From an uncultured bacterium (lineage in GTDB: Bacteria > Edwardsbacteria > AC1 > EtOH8): a DNA stretch of 64,000 nucleotides. This document shows, piece after piece, positions 1-9,695 of this stretch (within the stretch, counting starts at the first letter, position 1; each line of letters starts with the position of its first letter). The translations under genes and the position numbers were made by a program. Under the pieces are notes generated by a model that saw only the letters and a list, made by a program, of their open reading frames with translations, was not told the DNA's origin and did no database searches. The stretch covers positions 54,403 through 118,402 of the forward strand of contig CAZFJC010000005.1 of assembly GCA_964518765.1 (NCBI GenBank), read 5' to 3'.

Positions 1-944
1 CCGTCGGCTCGACGGTTCTCGTTCAGAATCCTTTGCCGCAGGTCGGTGCTCTGGATGTCCTCGATCATATAGCGGATGATCTTCTGGTGATCAGGGTACT
101 CGGCGCTCAGGGCCTCGACCGTCTCTTCGACAATGCGTTTGATGGCGTCCTGGCGGTGCTCCTTCTTGGGCAGGACGTTGGCCTGGCGAATGCGCTCCAG
201 CGTCAGCTCCTTAACCTTGCCCTCCAGGGCTCGGTCGATCTCCAGCGGCTTGATCTCACGCTTGGGCTTGCCGCACTCACGGACCAGCTCCTCCTGAACC
301 TCGATGATCCTCTTAATTTCGTTGTGGGCGAAATCGATGGCGTCGGCGATCTCGTCCTCGCTCACCTCCCTGGCTCCAGCTTCGATCATGGTGATCGATT
401 CCTTGGAGCCGCAGACCACTACGTCCAAGCGGCTGTTCTCCAGCTGCTGGAAGGTGGGATTGATCAAGAGCTTGCCGTCCACCTGGCCCACCCGAACGGC
501 GGCGATCGGCCCGTTAAACGGTATATCGGATATGGCCAGGGCCGTCGAGGCCCCCACCATGCCCAGGACGTCGGCGTCGTTCTCCTGATCGGCCGAGATG
601 ACATAGCAGACCACCTGGACCTCATTGCGGAAATCCTCGGGAAAGAGCGGCCTGAGGGGCCGGTCTATCATCCGGGCCGAGAGTATTTCCTTGTCCCGCG
701 GCCTTCCCTCTCGCTTGAAGAATCCGCCGGGTATGCGGCCGGCAGCGTAGGCCTGCTCCCGGTACTCCACCGTCAAGGGGAAGAAGTCGATCCCCTCCCT
801 CGGTTCGTCGGCCGCCACCGCCGTCACCAGCACCATGGTGTCTCCATAGCGCACCGTAACCGAGCCGTCGGCCTGCTTGGCCATGCGGCCGGTCTCGATG
901 GTCAGGGTCCGGCCACCCAGTTCCAGTTTCTTGATGATCGCCAT
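1..944 (-). CDS. pnp: polynucleotide phosphorylase (PNPase), 3'-partial: N-terminal ~314 aa in window, C-terminus lies beyond the window start
   Basis: Reverse translation of 1..944 gives MAIIKKLELGGRTLTIETGRMAKQADGSVTVRYGDTMVLVTAVAA..., the canonical PNPase N-terminus. AGGAGG RBS at 951-958 (complement). rpsO lies immediately upstream, the conserved rpsO-pnp arrangement. The + ORF 33..950 is an antisense artefact. Confidence 0.95.
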   Translation of the reverse strand, partial: MAIIKKLELGGRTLTIETGRMAKQADGSVTVRYGDTMVLVTAVAADEPREGIDFFPLTVEYREQAYAAGRIPGGFFKREGRPRDKEILSARMIDRPLRPLFPEDFRNEVQVVCYVISADQENDADVLGMVGASTALAISDIPFNGPIAAVRVGQVDGKLLINPTFQQLENSRLDVVVCGSKESITMIEAGAREVSEDEIADAIDFAHNEIKRIIEVQEELVRECGKPKREIKPLEIDRALEGKVKELTLERIRQANVLPKKEHRQDAIKRIVEETVEALSAEYPDHQKIIRYMIEDIQSTDLRQRILNENRRAD

Positions 945-1021
945 TGGTAAATAACCTCCTGCCCGGCCCCTAGCCGGGCCTTCCCGACGCCCCTGGTAAA
1001 AGGCGCGGGGAAAGATGAAGT

Positions 1022-1078
1022 GAGCGTCCGTACTCCCTCAAACCAACGGTCTTTACCAGCAAGGGAGCTCGGACGCTG
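1022..1078 (-). promoter_or_regulatory. long imperfect hairpin in the rpsO-pnp intergenic leader (7-bp + 5-bp stem around a ~25-nt loop)
   Basis: On the minus strand GCGTCCG..TCCCT / AGGGA..CGGACGC are complementary. Position is analogous to the RNase III-processed hairpin of the E. coli pnp leader. Confidence 0.35.
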
Positions 1079-1187
1079 TTTTTAAACGATCCACCGATGA
1101 ACACGAATCCACACCGCTGTCGCCGATATCAAACAAGCTTTCCTGGTATTAGGGTTAATCAGTGTTCATTGGTGGATGGGTTTTGCT

Positions 1188-1457
1188 CTATTTGCGTAGG
1201 TCAAGCTTCTCCACGATGGCCCGGTATCGGTCCAGATGGCGCTTGGCCAGGTAGTCCAGCAGCCGGCGGCGCCGGCCGACCATCATCAGAAGGCCGCGAC
1301 GGGAGGAATGGTCCTTCTTGTTGCTCTTCAGGTGCTCGGTGAGGTGGTTGATTCGCTCGGTGAGCATGGCGATCTGGACCTCGGGCGACCCGGTGTCGCC
1401 TTCATGCACCCGGTGCTTGCCGATCAGCTCCTGCTTCTTATCCTTTGCCAAAGGCAT
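1188..1457 (-). CDS. rpsO: 30S ribosomal protein S15
   Basis: [75 protein letters not shown]... (89 aa), starting at the internal Met of ORF 1188..1586. Confidence 0.95.
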   Translation of the reverse strand: MPLAKDKKQELIGKHRVHEGDTGSPEVQIAMLTERINHLTEHLKSNKKDHSSRRGLLMMVGRRRRLLDYLAKRHLDRYRAIVEKLDLRK

Positions 1458-1949
1458 GTCCTTCTCCAAGTTGCGTTTGAAATAACGCCTTACCCCGCGA
1501 AGCGGTGCAGGGCAGGTCTTAAAGTATAAATTATAACCGAATTCGGCCCCTATGTCAACTCGCCCCGCCTGTAAGTGTGATAGCATAATGATTATGTCAG
1601 GATCTAACTGCCGTGTTAAAATGTCAGGATATGAAAAAAGAACACATTACCCCTACCGGGACGGAGTTGAACAGGCTCGACACCGTCCCGCGTTCCCTTC
1701 ACGGGACGCTTACGGCGGCCCGGGCCCCCGACAACCGCTTCCCCTGCCATAATCGCCTCCTTCGATCGTCCCCCGCCTCCCAAACGGCAACATCAGGGCT
1801 GCCCACAAAGACCGGACCATCAAAACCCTCAAAACCCCGGACGGCATCAAGCCTCTGCCTATAATAACCCCTCCCCTTTCCCCGGTGACAAGCGCCCAGC
1901 CGTGGCCTCCCAAGCCTCAACCGCTGCATCCCGACATTTTTACTTCGTA

Positions 1950-1997
1950 GTTAATCCGACATATCGACGTTGCTTCGACGGGTGCCCCTTTTGGCAG
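1950..1997. repeat. AT-rich ACGT/GTCG-periodic element directly 3' of the ribF stop
   Basis: Minus strand reads GTCGAAGCAACGTCGATATGTCGG; same family as 10465-10508, 45039-45091 and 45455-45491. Confidence 0.4.
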
Positions 1998-2924
1998 TCA
2001 CAAGAGTAGCCGGGCGCGGCCGGCGTCCCTGGCCATGGCCCTCACCAGCTCCTGCTGGGAACTGAATCTCTTCTCCGGCCTCAGCCGCACTTTCAATCTC
2101 ACTTCGATATGGCTGGCCCGGGACGGTGGCGGGCCGGTAAGCGAATGGAACTCTATGGACAACATCCCCCGATTGGAAACGGTCGGCCTGGTGCCTATAT
2201 AGAGCAGGCCTTGATAATCCCTCCTGGCGATGATGGCAGAAGCCACATATACCCCGCTGGCCGGGATCAGCTGCTCTTTGTGTGTGAGCTCCAGGTTGAC
2301 GGTGGGAAAGCCTATTTTACCACCCAGGCCCTGCCCTCTGACCACCAATCCCTTCATGGCGTACGGCCTTCCCAGCATCCGGTTGGCCAGATCGATGTCG
2401 CCCCCGAGCAGCGCCATCTTGATCGCGGTGCTGCCGATCTTCAACCCGCCTTCCTTGAGTGGCCGGACCTCGGAGACCCGAAATCCGTATTTTCCGCCCA
2501 GCTTCCGAAGTAATGAAAGATTGCCCGAGCGTCCCCGCCCGAAACCGCAGTCGCTGCCGCAGACGACATGGGAGACCCGGAGCCTCTCCGCCAGGATCGT
2601 CCTCACGAAATCCTCCGGCCCCAGTTTCGCCACCTCCGGGGTGAACCTGATCACCACCAGGACATCCACCCCGGCCCGCTCCAGGATCAGCTCCTTATCC
2701 TTCAGGGAGATGAGGGCCCCCGGCCACCCGGGCTTGCCCAGCACCAGCTGGGGCGAAGGATCGAAGGTGATCACCGCACTGTCGTGGCCCCTCTTCTTGG
2801 CGATGGCTGTCAATGACCTGATGATGGCCATATGCCCCCGGTGCAGGCCGTCGAACACGCCCAGGGCGGCCACCGAGCCCGGCCTCTCCCGTCCGTATTT
2901 GCTGAGCCGCTTGACTATCAGCAT
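1998..2924 (-). CDS. ribF: bifunctional riboflavin kinase / FAD synthetase
   Basis: 308-aa product with the FAD-synthetase N-terminus (ALGVFDGLHRGH) and a riboflavin-kinase C-terminal domain. Confidence 0.9.
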   Translation of the reverse strand: MLIVKRLSKYGRERPGSVAALGVFDGLHRGHMAIIRSLTAIAKKRGHDSAVITFDPSPQLVLGKPGWPGALISLKDKELILERAGVDVLVVIRFTPEVAKLGPEDFVRTILAERLRVSHVVCGSDCGFGRGRSGNLSLLRKLGGKYGFRVSEVRPLKEGGLKIGSTAIKMALLGGDIDLANRMLGRPYAMKGLVVRGQGLGGKIGFPTVNLELTHKEQLIPASGVYVASAIIARRDYQGLLYIGTRPTVSNRGMLSIEFHSLTGPPPSRASHIEVRLKVRLRPEKRFSSQQELVRAMARDAGRARLLL

Positions 2925-2931
2925 CCGTCTT

Positions 2932-3801
2932 TCAGACCGCAGCCGCGAAGACGCATTCCGGACAGATCATGCCATTCCTCTCCCGTCCCACGGCCAGTAG
3001 TTTATCGTTGCACCTTAGGCGAAAGGCGTCTCCCTCGGCCAGCCCGCTGGACCTGGCGACCTGATTGCCGTGGCCTACTTTCACGGCCTCGGATTCGTCC
3101 AGTTCGACAGCCGGAAGGAACGACAGGGCCTTGTCCATCTCCATTCCTTTGGTTAGGACTGTTTTCTCATCCAGGGAGTCAAGCGGAACGGCCTGTTCTC
3201 GGGCGAAAGGCCCCACCGCCGTCCTAATCAACCGAGCCAGCGTCCCTCCGCTGCCCAAAGCCCGACCGATGTCTCGGGCCAGGGCGCGGATGTAGGTCCC
3301 CTTGGAGCACTTCACCCTGATGTCCAGCTCAGTTTCCTCCAATTTTAAGAGGTCTATGGCATGTATCCGCACCTTCCTGGGCGCGGGCTCGACCGGTTTT
3401 CCCTGACGGGCCAGCTTATAGAGCGGCACCCCGTCCTTCTTCAGCGCCGCGTATCGGGGCGGTACCTGGTCTATCTCCCCGACGAAGCCGAACAAAGTCT
3501 TTTCCACCGATCCTCTGTCAAGGGCAGGGACGGGCTTTTCCCCGATGACCGCGCCCTCCAGGTCGTCGGTCTCGGTCTCCACCCCCAGCCTGATGGTTGC
3601 CTGATATTCCTTGGAGAGACACTCCAGATAACGAGCCGCCCTGGTGGCCTGGCCTAGAAGCACCAACAGGACACCGGAGGCCGTTGGATCCAACGTGCCG
3701 GCGTGCCCAGCCCGCACGGCGCGGCAAAGCCGCCGGACCCTGGCCACAGCGGCGAAGGAGGTAGGCCCCGGCGGCTTGTCGATGTTGAGCACCAGGTCCA
3801 T
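2932..3801 (-). CDS. truB: tRNA pseudouridine(55) synthase
   Basis: MDLVLNIDKPPGPTSFAAVARVRRL...GHAGTLDPTASGVLLVLLGQATR, TruB catalytic motif plus C-terminal PUA-like region. Confidence 0.9.
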   Translation of the reverse strand: MDLVLNIDKPPGPTSFAAVARVRRLCRAVRAGHAGTLDPTASGVLLVLLGQATRAARYLECLSKEYQATIRLGVETETDDLEGAVIGEKPVPALDRGSVEKTLFGFVGEIDQVPPRYAALKKDGVPLYKLARQGKPVEPAPRKVRIHAIDLLKLEETELDIRVKCSKGTYIRALARDIGRALGSGGTLARLIRTAVGPFAREQAVPLDSLDEKTVLTKGMEMDKALSFLPAVELDESEAVKVGHGNQVARSSGLAEGDAFRLRCNDKLLAVGRERNGMICPECVFAAAV

Positions 3802-3819
3802 GGCCGGTTCAACTATCGG

Positions 3820-5691
3820 CTAACGACACAGGAAATCCTTGATCTGGTCGGCGATGCCTTCCTCGTCCAGCCGATACTTGGCCAGCAGTTCCGCCCTGGA
3901 GGCATGGGGAATGAAAGTATTGGGCAGGCCCAGTCTGAGTATGCGACAGGCGGCCCCGGCCTCCTGGGCCAGCTCATCTATGGCCGAGCCGAAGCCGCCG
4001 GCCAGCACGTTCTCCTCGACGGTCACCACCTTTCGATGTTTTTTGAAAATCGACAGGTAAAGCTCCACGTCCAGAGGACGGCAGAACCTGGCGTTGACCA
4101 CCTGCAGGAAGATGCCCTCTTCTCTGAGTCTGATTGCCGCCTGCCTGGCCAGGGTGGCCATGATGCCGATGCCGATCACTGCCCCATTGCGACCTTGCTC
4201 CAAAATCTCGGCCTTTCCTATCTCCAACCTGGCCGGCTCGGCCGGGACAGCGCCGAAGCCCGCCCCGCGGGGGTAGCGGATGGCCGATGGCTGGTCCAGC
4301 TGCAGGGCGGTGAATAGCATGGAGCGCAGCTCCTGCTCGTCGCGAGGGGACATGACCACCAGATTCGGCACCAATCGAAGGTAGGAAAGGTCGAAGGCCC
4401 CATGGTGGGTTGGCCCATCCTCTCCCACCACTCCGGCCCGATCCAAGGCCATCACCACCGGCAGCTTCTGCAGGGCGATGTCATGGATGATCTGGTCAAA
4501 GGCCCGCTGCATGAAGGTGGAGTAGATGGCCACCACCGGACGCATCCCGCCCCTGGCCAGGCCGGCGGCGAAGGTCAGGGCGTGCTGTTCGGCGATGCCT
4601 ACGTCGTAGAACCGCTCCGGGATCTTCTGGCGAAACAGGTCAAGCCCGGTGCCCTCGGGCATGGCCGCGGTCACGGCCACGATCCTCCGATCGTCCCGGG
4701 CCATCTCCACCAGCGCCTGCCCGAAGATCTGGGTGAAGGTGCAGACGCCTCCGCACTGCCGGGCGTCGCCGGTCTCCGGGTCGAAGGCCCCCACCCCGTG
4801 GAACTTCTCGGCATCGTGCTCCGCCGGCTGAAAGCCCTTCCCCTTGACCGTCAGCACATGAAGCAGGGTCGGCCCCGGCAGCTCGCGTATCCTCTGCAGC
4901 AGCTCGATCAAAGCCGGAAGATCATGGCCGTCGACCGGCCCCTCGTAATGGTAGCCCAGCTCCTCGAAGGTCAGCCCGGGTACGATCAGATTCTTGAATC
5001 CCTCCCGGATGCGGCGGAAGAGCAGACGGGTCGGTTGGCCCAGGTCGGTAGGGAGCTTGCCCAGGAGCTCCCAAACACCCTTCTCCAGGCCGGTGTAGGT
5101 CTGGGTGGTGGTGATCCTGGTCAGGTACTGCCCGAAGGCCCCCACCCTCTTGGAGATAGCCATGGAGTTGTCGTTCAGCACCACCAGCATGTTCTTCTTG
5201 AGCTGGCCGGCGTGGTTCAGGCCCTCGAAAGCCATGCCGCCGGTCAGCGAGCCGTCGCCGATGACCGCCACCACCTTGTGTCTTTCCCCTGAAAGGTCCC
5301 GGGCGCAAGCCATGCCCAGGGCGGCCGAGATGGAGGTGGAGGCATGGCCGGTGCCGAAAGCATCGTAGGGGCTCTCCTCGATCTTGGGAAAGCCGGAGAG
5401 CCCACCGGCTTGGCGGATGGTGTTGAAGCGGCGGCGGCGGCCGGTCAGCAGCTTGTGGGCGTAGGTCTGGTGGCCGACGTCCCAAATGATCTGGTCCCGG
5501 GGGGCGTCGAACACATAGTGCAGGGCGATGGTCAGCTCCACTGTTCCCAGGCTGGGCGCCAGGTGCCCCCCGTTGCGGGAGATGACGTCGATGATCTCGG
5601 AGCGGATCTCGGCCGCCAGCTGCGTCAGCTGCTGGACATCCAGCCGCTTGAGGTCATCCGGGTTTTCAATATTGTCCAGAAGGCTAGGCAT
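3820..5691 (-). CDS. dxs: 1-deoxy-D-xylulose-5-phosphate synthase
   Basis: 623 aa with thiamine-PP motif GDG...NDN and transketolase-like C-terminus. Conserved ispA-dxs context. Confidence 0.95.
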   Translation of the reverse strand: MPSLLDNIENPDDLKRLDVQQLTQLAAEIRSEIIDVISRNGGHLAPSLGTVELTIALHYVFDAPRDQIIWDVGHQTYAHKLLTGRRRRFNTIRQAGGLSGFPKIEESPYDAFGTGHASTSISAALGMACARDLSGERHKVVAVIGDGSLTGGMAFEGLNHAGQLKKNMLVVLNDNSMAISKRVGAFGQYLTRITTTQTYTGLEKGVWELLGKLPTDLGQPTRLLFRRIREGFKNLIVPGLTFEELGYHYEGPVDGHDLPALIELLQRIRELPGPTLLHVLTVKGKGFQPAEHDAEKFHGVGAFDPETGDARQCGGVCTFTQIFGQALVEMARDDRRIVAVTAAMPEGTGLDLFRQKIPERFYDVGIAEQHALTFAAGLARGGMRPVVAIYSTFMQRAFDQIIHDIALQKLPVVMALDRAGVVGEDGPTHHGAFDLSYLRLVPNLVVMSPRDEQELRSMLFTALQLDQPSAIRYPRGAGFGAVPAEPARLEIGKAEILEQGRNGAVIGIGIMATLARQAAIRLREEGIFLQVVNARFCRPLDVELYLSIFKKHRKVVTVEENVLAGGFGSAIDELAQEAGAACRILRLGLPNTFIPHASRAELLAKYRLDEEGIADQIKDFLCR

Positions 5692-6139
5692 AATGAAACA
5701 GCAACGCCCAGGCCAGTCCGATCAGGGCGCCGGCGAACACCTCGACGGGCGTGTGCCCCAAGAGCTCCTTGAGGGTCTCGCCTCCGGCCCTCTTCTTCAT
5801 AGCCCGGCTTTCTATTATCCGGTTGAGGATGATGGACTGCCGGCCCACCGCCCGCCGCACCCCGGCCGCGTCGTACATAACCACGAAGGCGATGTAGGCC
5901 GCCATTGTAAAGCCGATGCTTCCAAAGCCCTGTTGGAGACCGACCATGGCGGCCAGGGTGACCGAAGAGGCCGAATGGGAGCTGGGCATGCCACCGGCCT
6001 CCAGCACCCGGTGCCAGTTCAACCGCTTCTCCCAGATGATCGAGGCAAAGGCCTTCATGATCTGGGTCGACAGCCCGCTGGCCATCACCGCCCACAGCGT
6101 CCTGTTCCCCAGCAATTCATATAAGATGGCGGCATTCAT
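5684..6139 (-). CDS. divergent PAP2 / DUF212 (YuiD-like) membrane protein
   Basis: 151-aa hydrophobic protein with GMPSSHSA (PAP2-like) motif; overlaps the dxs start by 8 nt. Confidence 0.7.
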   Translation of the reverse strand: MNAAILYELLGNRTLWAVMASGLSTQIMKAFASIIWEKRLNWHRVLEAGGMPSSHSASSVTLAAMVGLQQGFGSIGFTMAAYIAFVVMYDAAGVRRAVGRQSIILNRIIESRAMKKRAGGETLKELLGHTPVEVFAGALIGLAWALLFHYA

Positions 6140-6170
6140 GATTTCCCCGGTCTTGCCCTAAGGCGTTCCT

Positions 6171-7322
6171 TTAGAATTCGCGGTTGATCATATAGTTGGC
6201 CCAGGAAAGCAGCAGCTTCTTGTAGTCGGAGAATGGTAGGGGCTCCAATGCCGCCAGGGCTTTGCGCACGTACTTCTGGGCCAGCTCGGCGGTGTAGGTC
6301 AGGCTGCCCGACTCCTCCAGTATCCTGGCGGCCCGTTTGACCTCGCCAGCGGTGGCCTTGGGGTTGCCCAGGGTGCGCAGCAACTGACGTCGGTCGGCGG
6401 CCCCGGCCTCGCCCAGGGCGTGGTGGACGATGACCGTCCTCTTCCCCTCGCGGATGTCCGAGCCCACCGGCTTTCCCAGCTTCCTCTCGTTGCCGATGAT
6501 GCCCAGGATGTCGTCCTGCAGCTGGAAGGCGATCCCGCAGCTGGAGGCGAAGGTGGACAGAGCCTCCACCGCCGGATGCCGAGCGTTTGGCTGGTCGATG
6601 CCGATCATGGCCCCGGCCCGGCCGGCGAACTGATAGAGGGCGCCGGTCTTCTTCCACAGCATGTCGATGATCTTGTCCTCGGTCAGCTGCTGGATGGGCA
6701 GCTTGGAGTAAAGTACGTCCAGGGCCTCGCCCTCTATCAGGGCGCACTGGACGTCCACCTCCAGGTCAAGTATCAGCTGCAGGGCCAGGATGGGGTTGAC
6801 GCCCTTCTCCCTCACCAGCTCGCAGAGCAGCGAGATGGTCCATCCCTGCTGCAGGTCGCCGGCCAGCACCGCCATCGACAGCCCGTAGTGGGCGGCCTCG
6901 GCCTCCTTAAGGCCTAGCTTCTTCATGGCCTGGCTCTTGATGTACTGGTGGACGGTAGGAATGCCCCGCCGCAGCTGGTCGCGGTCGATGATGTCGTCAT
7001 GGACCAGAGTCCAGGTGTGGTAGACCTCCACCGCCGCCGCCGCTGGAAGGGCCCGGTCCTCGCTGCCCCCGGCCGCCCCACAGCTGAAGAGGAGCACCGC
7101 CGGCCTCAGCGACTTGCCCCCGGCCCCCAGGTAGCTGTGGACCCCGCGGTAGATGTCATCCGGCTTGAACCGGTCCGGCCGGTCCTTGTCCTTGAGGTAC
7201 TGGTGCACCAGCATCTTTCGCTTGGCCACCTCCTCCAGCAGCAGGGCCAGCCCCTGGTCGGCCGTCCGGCTCGATTTTTGAACCGGCGTTTTGGCCTTGA
7301 CGGTCTTCCGCTTGGCGGTCAT
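6171..7322 (-). CDS. ispA: polyprenyl diphosphate synthase (FPP/GGPP synthase family) with Lys-rich N-terminal extension
   Basis: Has both DDIIDxxxxRRG and FQLQDDILG aspartate-rich motifs. ATGA overlap with the xseB stop. Conserved xseB-ispA-dxs order. Confidence 0.85.
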   Translation of the reverse strand: MTAKRKTVKAKTPVQKSSRTADQGLALLLEEVAKRKMLVHQYLKDKDRPDRFKPDDIYRGVHSYLGAGGKSLRPAVLLFSCGAAGGSEDRALPAAAAVEVYHTWTLVHDDIIDRDQLRRGIPTVHQYIKSQAMKKLGLKEAEAAHYGLSMAVLAGDLQQGWTISLLCELVREKGVNPILALQLILDLEVDVQCALIEGEALDVLYSKLPIQQLTEDKIIDMLWKKTGALYQFAGRAGAMIGIDQPNARHPAVEALSTFASSCGIAFQLQDDILGIIGNERKLGKPVGSDIREGKRTVIVHHALGEAGAADRRQLLRTLGNPKATAGEVKRAARILEESGSLTYTAELAQKYVRKALAALEPLPFSDYKKLLLSWANYMINREF

Positions 7323-7570
7323 CTCTGCATCTCCTCAATGTCCGTATCCTCGGTGCGGAATCCCCGGCCGTCCCGCACCAGCTTCTTTATCTTCTTCTGG
7401 GTTTCGTCCAGCACCCGTTGGCACCGGTCCATTAGCTCCGAGGCCTCCCGATGCAGGGCCAGGGCCTGCTCCAGCTCGGCCTCGCCCGATTCCAGCTGCT
7501 CCACGATCTTCTCGATCCTCTCCAGCGCCCGCTCGAACTTGAAGCCTGTTTCCCTCCTAGTTCTAGCCAT
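7319..7570 (-). CDS. xseB: exodeoxyribonuclease VII small subunit
   Basis: 83-aa helical protein, FERALERIEKIVEQLESGE... Confidence 0.9.
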   Translation of the reverse strand: MARTRRETGFKFERALERIEKIVEQLESGEAELEQALALHREASELMDRCQRVLDETQKKIKKLVRDGRGFRTEDTDIEEMQR

Positions 7571-8780
7571 GGACCTCCTCCACCTTCATTGACGCCTCGC
7601 CCTTCCAGAACCTGATCCGAGCCCTGTCTCCCTTCGCCAGCCTTCCAGCCTCCCTGACCGCTTTTCCCCTCCGGTCGAAGCAGATGCTGTAACCCCTCCC
7701 TAACACTGCCGCCGGGTCCAGGGCCGACAGCAGTGCTTCCATCCTTGAGGTTTTAAACACGGCCGCCTGGTAGCTGCCGAGGATACCGGCATTAGCCCTG
7801 GAGGCAAGCACATCCAGCGTTTGGCGCTTCTGGTCGATCATAGAAACCAACAGGTTCATCCCGTGGCTTCGTCGGAGCGAATCAAGTCGGGAACGGTATC
7901 CGTCTACCATGCCCTTCAGCGCCAGTTCCATCCTCTCACGGCTCCCGTCCAAGGAGCTCTGCACCTCCTCCCGGCTTGGTACCGCCATCTCGGCCGCGGC
8001 CGAGGGCGTCGGCGCCCGGAGGTCGGCGGCGAAGTCGGCCAGGGTGAAGTCCACCTCATGCCCCACCGCCGAAATGACAGGCAACCTGGAGCCGGCTATG
8101 GCCCGGACCGTCTCCTCCTCGTTGAAGGCCCAAAGGTCCTCCATCGATCCCCCGCCCCGGCCGACTATCAGCACGTCCACCCGTTCGAATTCGTTGAACT
8201 CAGCAATGGCCCGGGCTATCTCCGCGGCCGCCCCCGTCCCCTGGACCGGCACCGGATTGAGAATGAGCTCTATGCCCGGCCACCGCCGCCTGGCCACCTT
8301 GATGATGTCGCGGACAGCCGCCCCGGTGGGCGAGGTGACGATGCCGATGGCGCGCGGCAAGGCCGGGATCGGCCTTTTCCTGGCCTGGTCGAAAAGCCCC
8401 TCGGCCTCAAGCTTGCGCTTCAGGCGCTCCAGGGCCAGGGCCAGCTCCCCCTGCCCGGCCGGCTGCAGCTGTTGCACATTGAGCTGGTATTGGCCAGCCC
8501 GCTCGAAGACTGTTATATCGCCCTGAGCCAGCACCTGCATTCCGTCCTGGGGAAAGATGCGCAACGTCTGGGCCGCGCCCCGGAACATGACGCAGCGCAG
8601 CTGGCTGGCTGAGTCTTTGAGGGTAAAGTACAGGTGGCCCGAAGAGTGGGCGGTGAAATTGGAGACCTCGCCCCGCACCCACAGCCTGGGAAACCCGGAC
8701 TCCAGCGCCTGTTTGACCCGTGAGGTCAGCTGGGAGACGGTCAGTATGTTTCTGGTTTCTTCGGGCATGTGGCTGACCAC
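7563..8780 (-). CDS. xseA: exodeoxyribonuclease VII large subunit
   Basis: 405 aa with an OB-fold N-terminus (LWVRGEVSNF) and the ExoVII catalytic core. Overlaps xseB by 8 nt. Confidence 0.9.
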   Translation of the reverse strand: MVSHMPEETRNILTVSQLTSRVKQALESGFPRLWVRGEVSNFTAHSSGHLYFTLKDSASQLRCVMFRGAAQTLRIFPQDGMQVLAQGDITVFERAGQYQLNVQQLQPAGQGELALALERLKRKLEAEGLFDQARKRPIPALPRAIGIVTSPTGAAVRDIIKVARRRWPGIELILNPVPVQGTGAAAEIARAIAEFNEFERVDVLIVGRGGGSMEDLWAFNEEETVRAIAGSRLPVISAVGHEVDFTLADFAADLRAPTPSAAAEMAVPSREEVQSSLDGSRERMELALKGMVDGYRSRLDSLRRSHGMNLLVSMIDQKRQTLDVLASRANAGILGSYQAAVFKTSRMEALLSALDPAAVLGRGYSICFDRRGKAVREAGRLAKGDRARIRFWKGEASMKVEEVHG

Positions 8781-8783
8781 CCC

Positions 8784-9695
8784 TTAATCCCCTCCTTGCC
8801 AAGGAGGGGAAATAGAGGAGGTGGCCGCCTTGACGCAGTTGCGCAGCAGCATGGCCCGGGTCAGCGGCCCCACCCCGCCCGGCACCGGAGTTATATAAGA
8901 GGCGATTTTCTCGGCCGACTCGAAGTCAACGTCTCCCACCAGCCGGAAGCCGCTCTTGGCCGAGGGGTCCTCGATCCGATTGACCCCCACATCCACCACC
9001 ACGCAATTGTTGTTCAGCATGTCCCCGGTGATGATCCCCGGCGAGCCGGCGGCGGCGATGACGATGTCCGCCTGCTTGGTGTAATAGGCCAGCCCCCGGG
9101 TACGGGTGTGACAGACGGTGACCGTGGCGTCCCCCCGGTCCGACTTCTGGGTCAGCATGTTGGCCAGGGGCCGTCCTACGATGTTGGAGCGGCCCACGAT
9201 TACTATATATTTTCCCGGTATCTCGATCCCGGTCCTGACCAGTATCTCCACCACCCCGGCCGGGGTGCAGGGCAAAAAGCGGGGCCGGCCCTGGGTCAAA
9301 AGGCCCACGTTCTCAGGATGGAAGCAGTCAACGTCCTTGAGCGGCGATATCTTCCGGAAGGCTGCCTGCTCGTCCAGGCCCTTGGGCAGTGGCGACTGGA
9401 CAAGTATCCCGTGGATGGTTGTATCTTTGTTAAGCTTGTCGACCTGGGCAAGCAGTTCGTCCTGGGTGGTGGTCTCCGGCATCTCGATAACCGTGGACTT
9501 GATGCCGGTCTCCTGGCAGTCCTTGTGCTTGTTGCGCACGTAGACCTGTGAGGCCGGGTCCGAGCCCACGATGATGACGGCCAAGTGGGGCTCTTTCCCC
9601 TTTGCCCTTAATCCTTGGACCTCTTGGGCAACCTCCCCCTTGATCTCGATCGCTATTTTCTTGCCGTCAATTACTATTCCCATATCGGCTTTCAA
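8784..9695 (-). CDS. folD: bifunctional 5,10-methylene-THF dehydrogenase / cyclohydrolase
   Basis: Typical FolD sequence (HLAVIIVGSDPASQVYVRNK...GILVQSPLP...). Alternative start 12 nt downstream at MGIVIDG. Confidence 0.9.
   Translation of the reverse strand: MKADMGIVIDGKKIAIEIKGEVAQEVQGLRAKGKEPHLAVIIVGSDPASQVYVRNKHKDCQETGIKSTVIEMPETTTQDELLAQVDKLNKDTTIHGILVQSPLPKGLDEQAAFRKISPLKDVDCFHPENVGLLTQGRPRFLPCTPAGVVEILVRTGIEIPGKYIVIVGRSNIVGRPLANMLTQKSDRGDATVTVCHTRTRGLAYYTKQADIVIAAAGSPGIITGDMLNNNCVVVDVGVNRIEDPSAKSGFRLVGDVDFESAEKIASYITPVPGGVGPLTRAMLLRNCVKAATSSISPPWQGGD

Noticed and set aside
33-950. Long plus-strand ORFs in the track, such as 33..950, 4402..5292, 8769..9551, 11124..11867, 25019..26053, 47515..48771, 51279..53111 and 53890..55689
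   Set aside because: Each lies antisense to a well-supported minus-strand gene (pnp, dxs, folD, rny, a GT2 gene, rocD, the saccharopine-DH-like gene, katA). Their products are low-complexity, typical of GC-rich antisense frames, and they lack RBSs.
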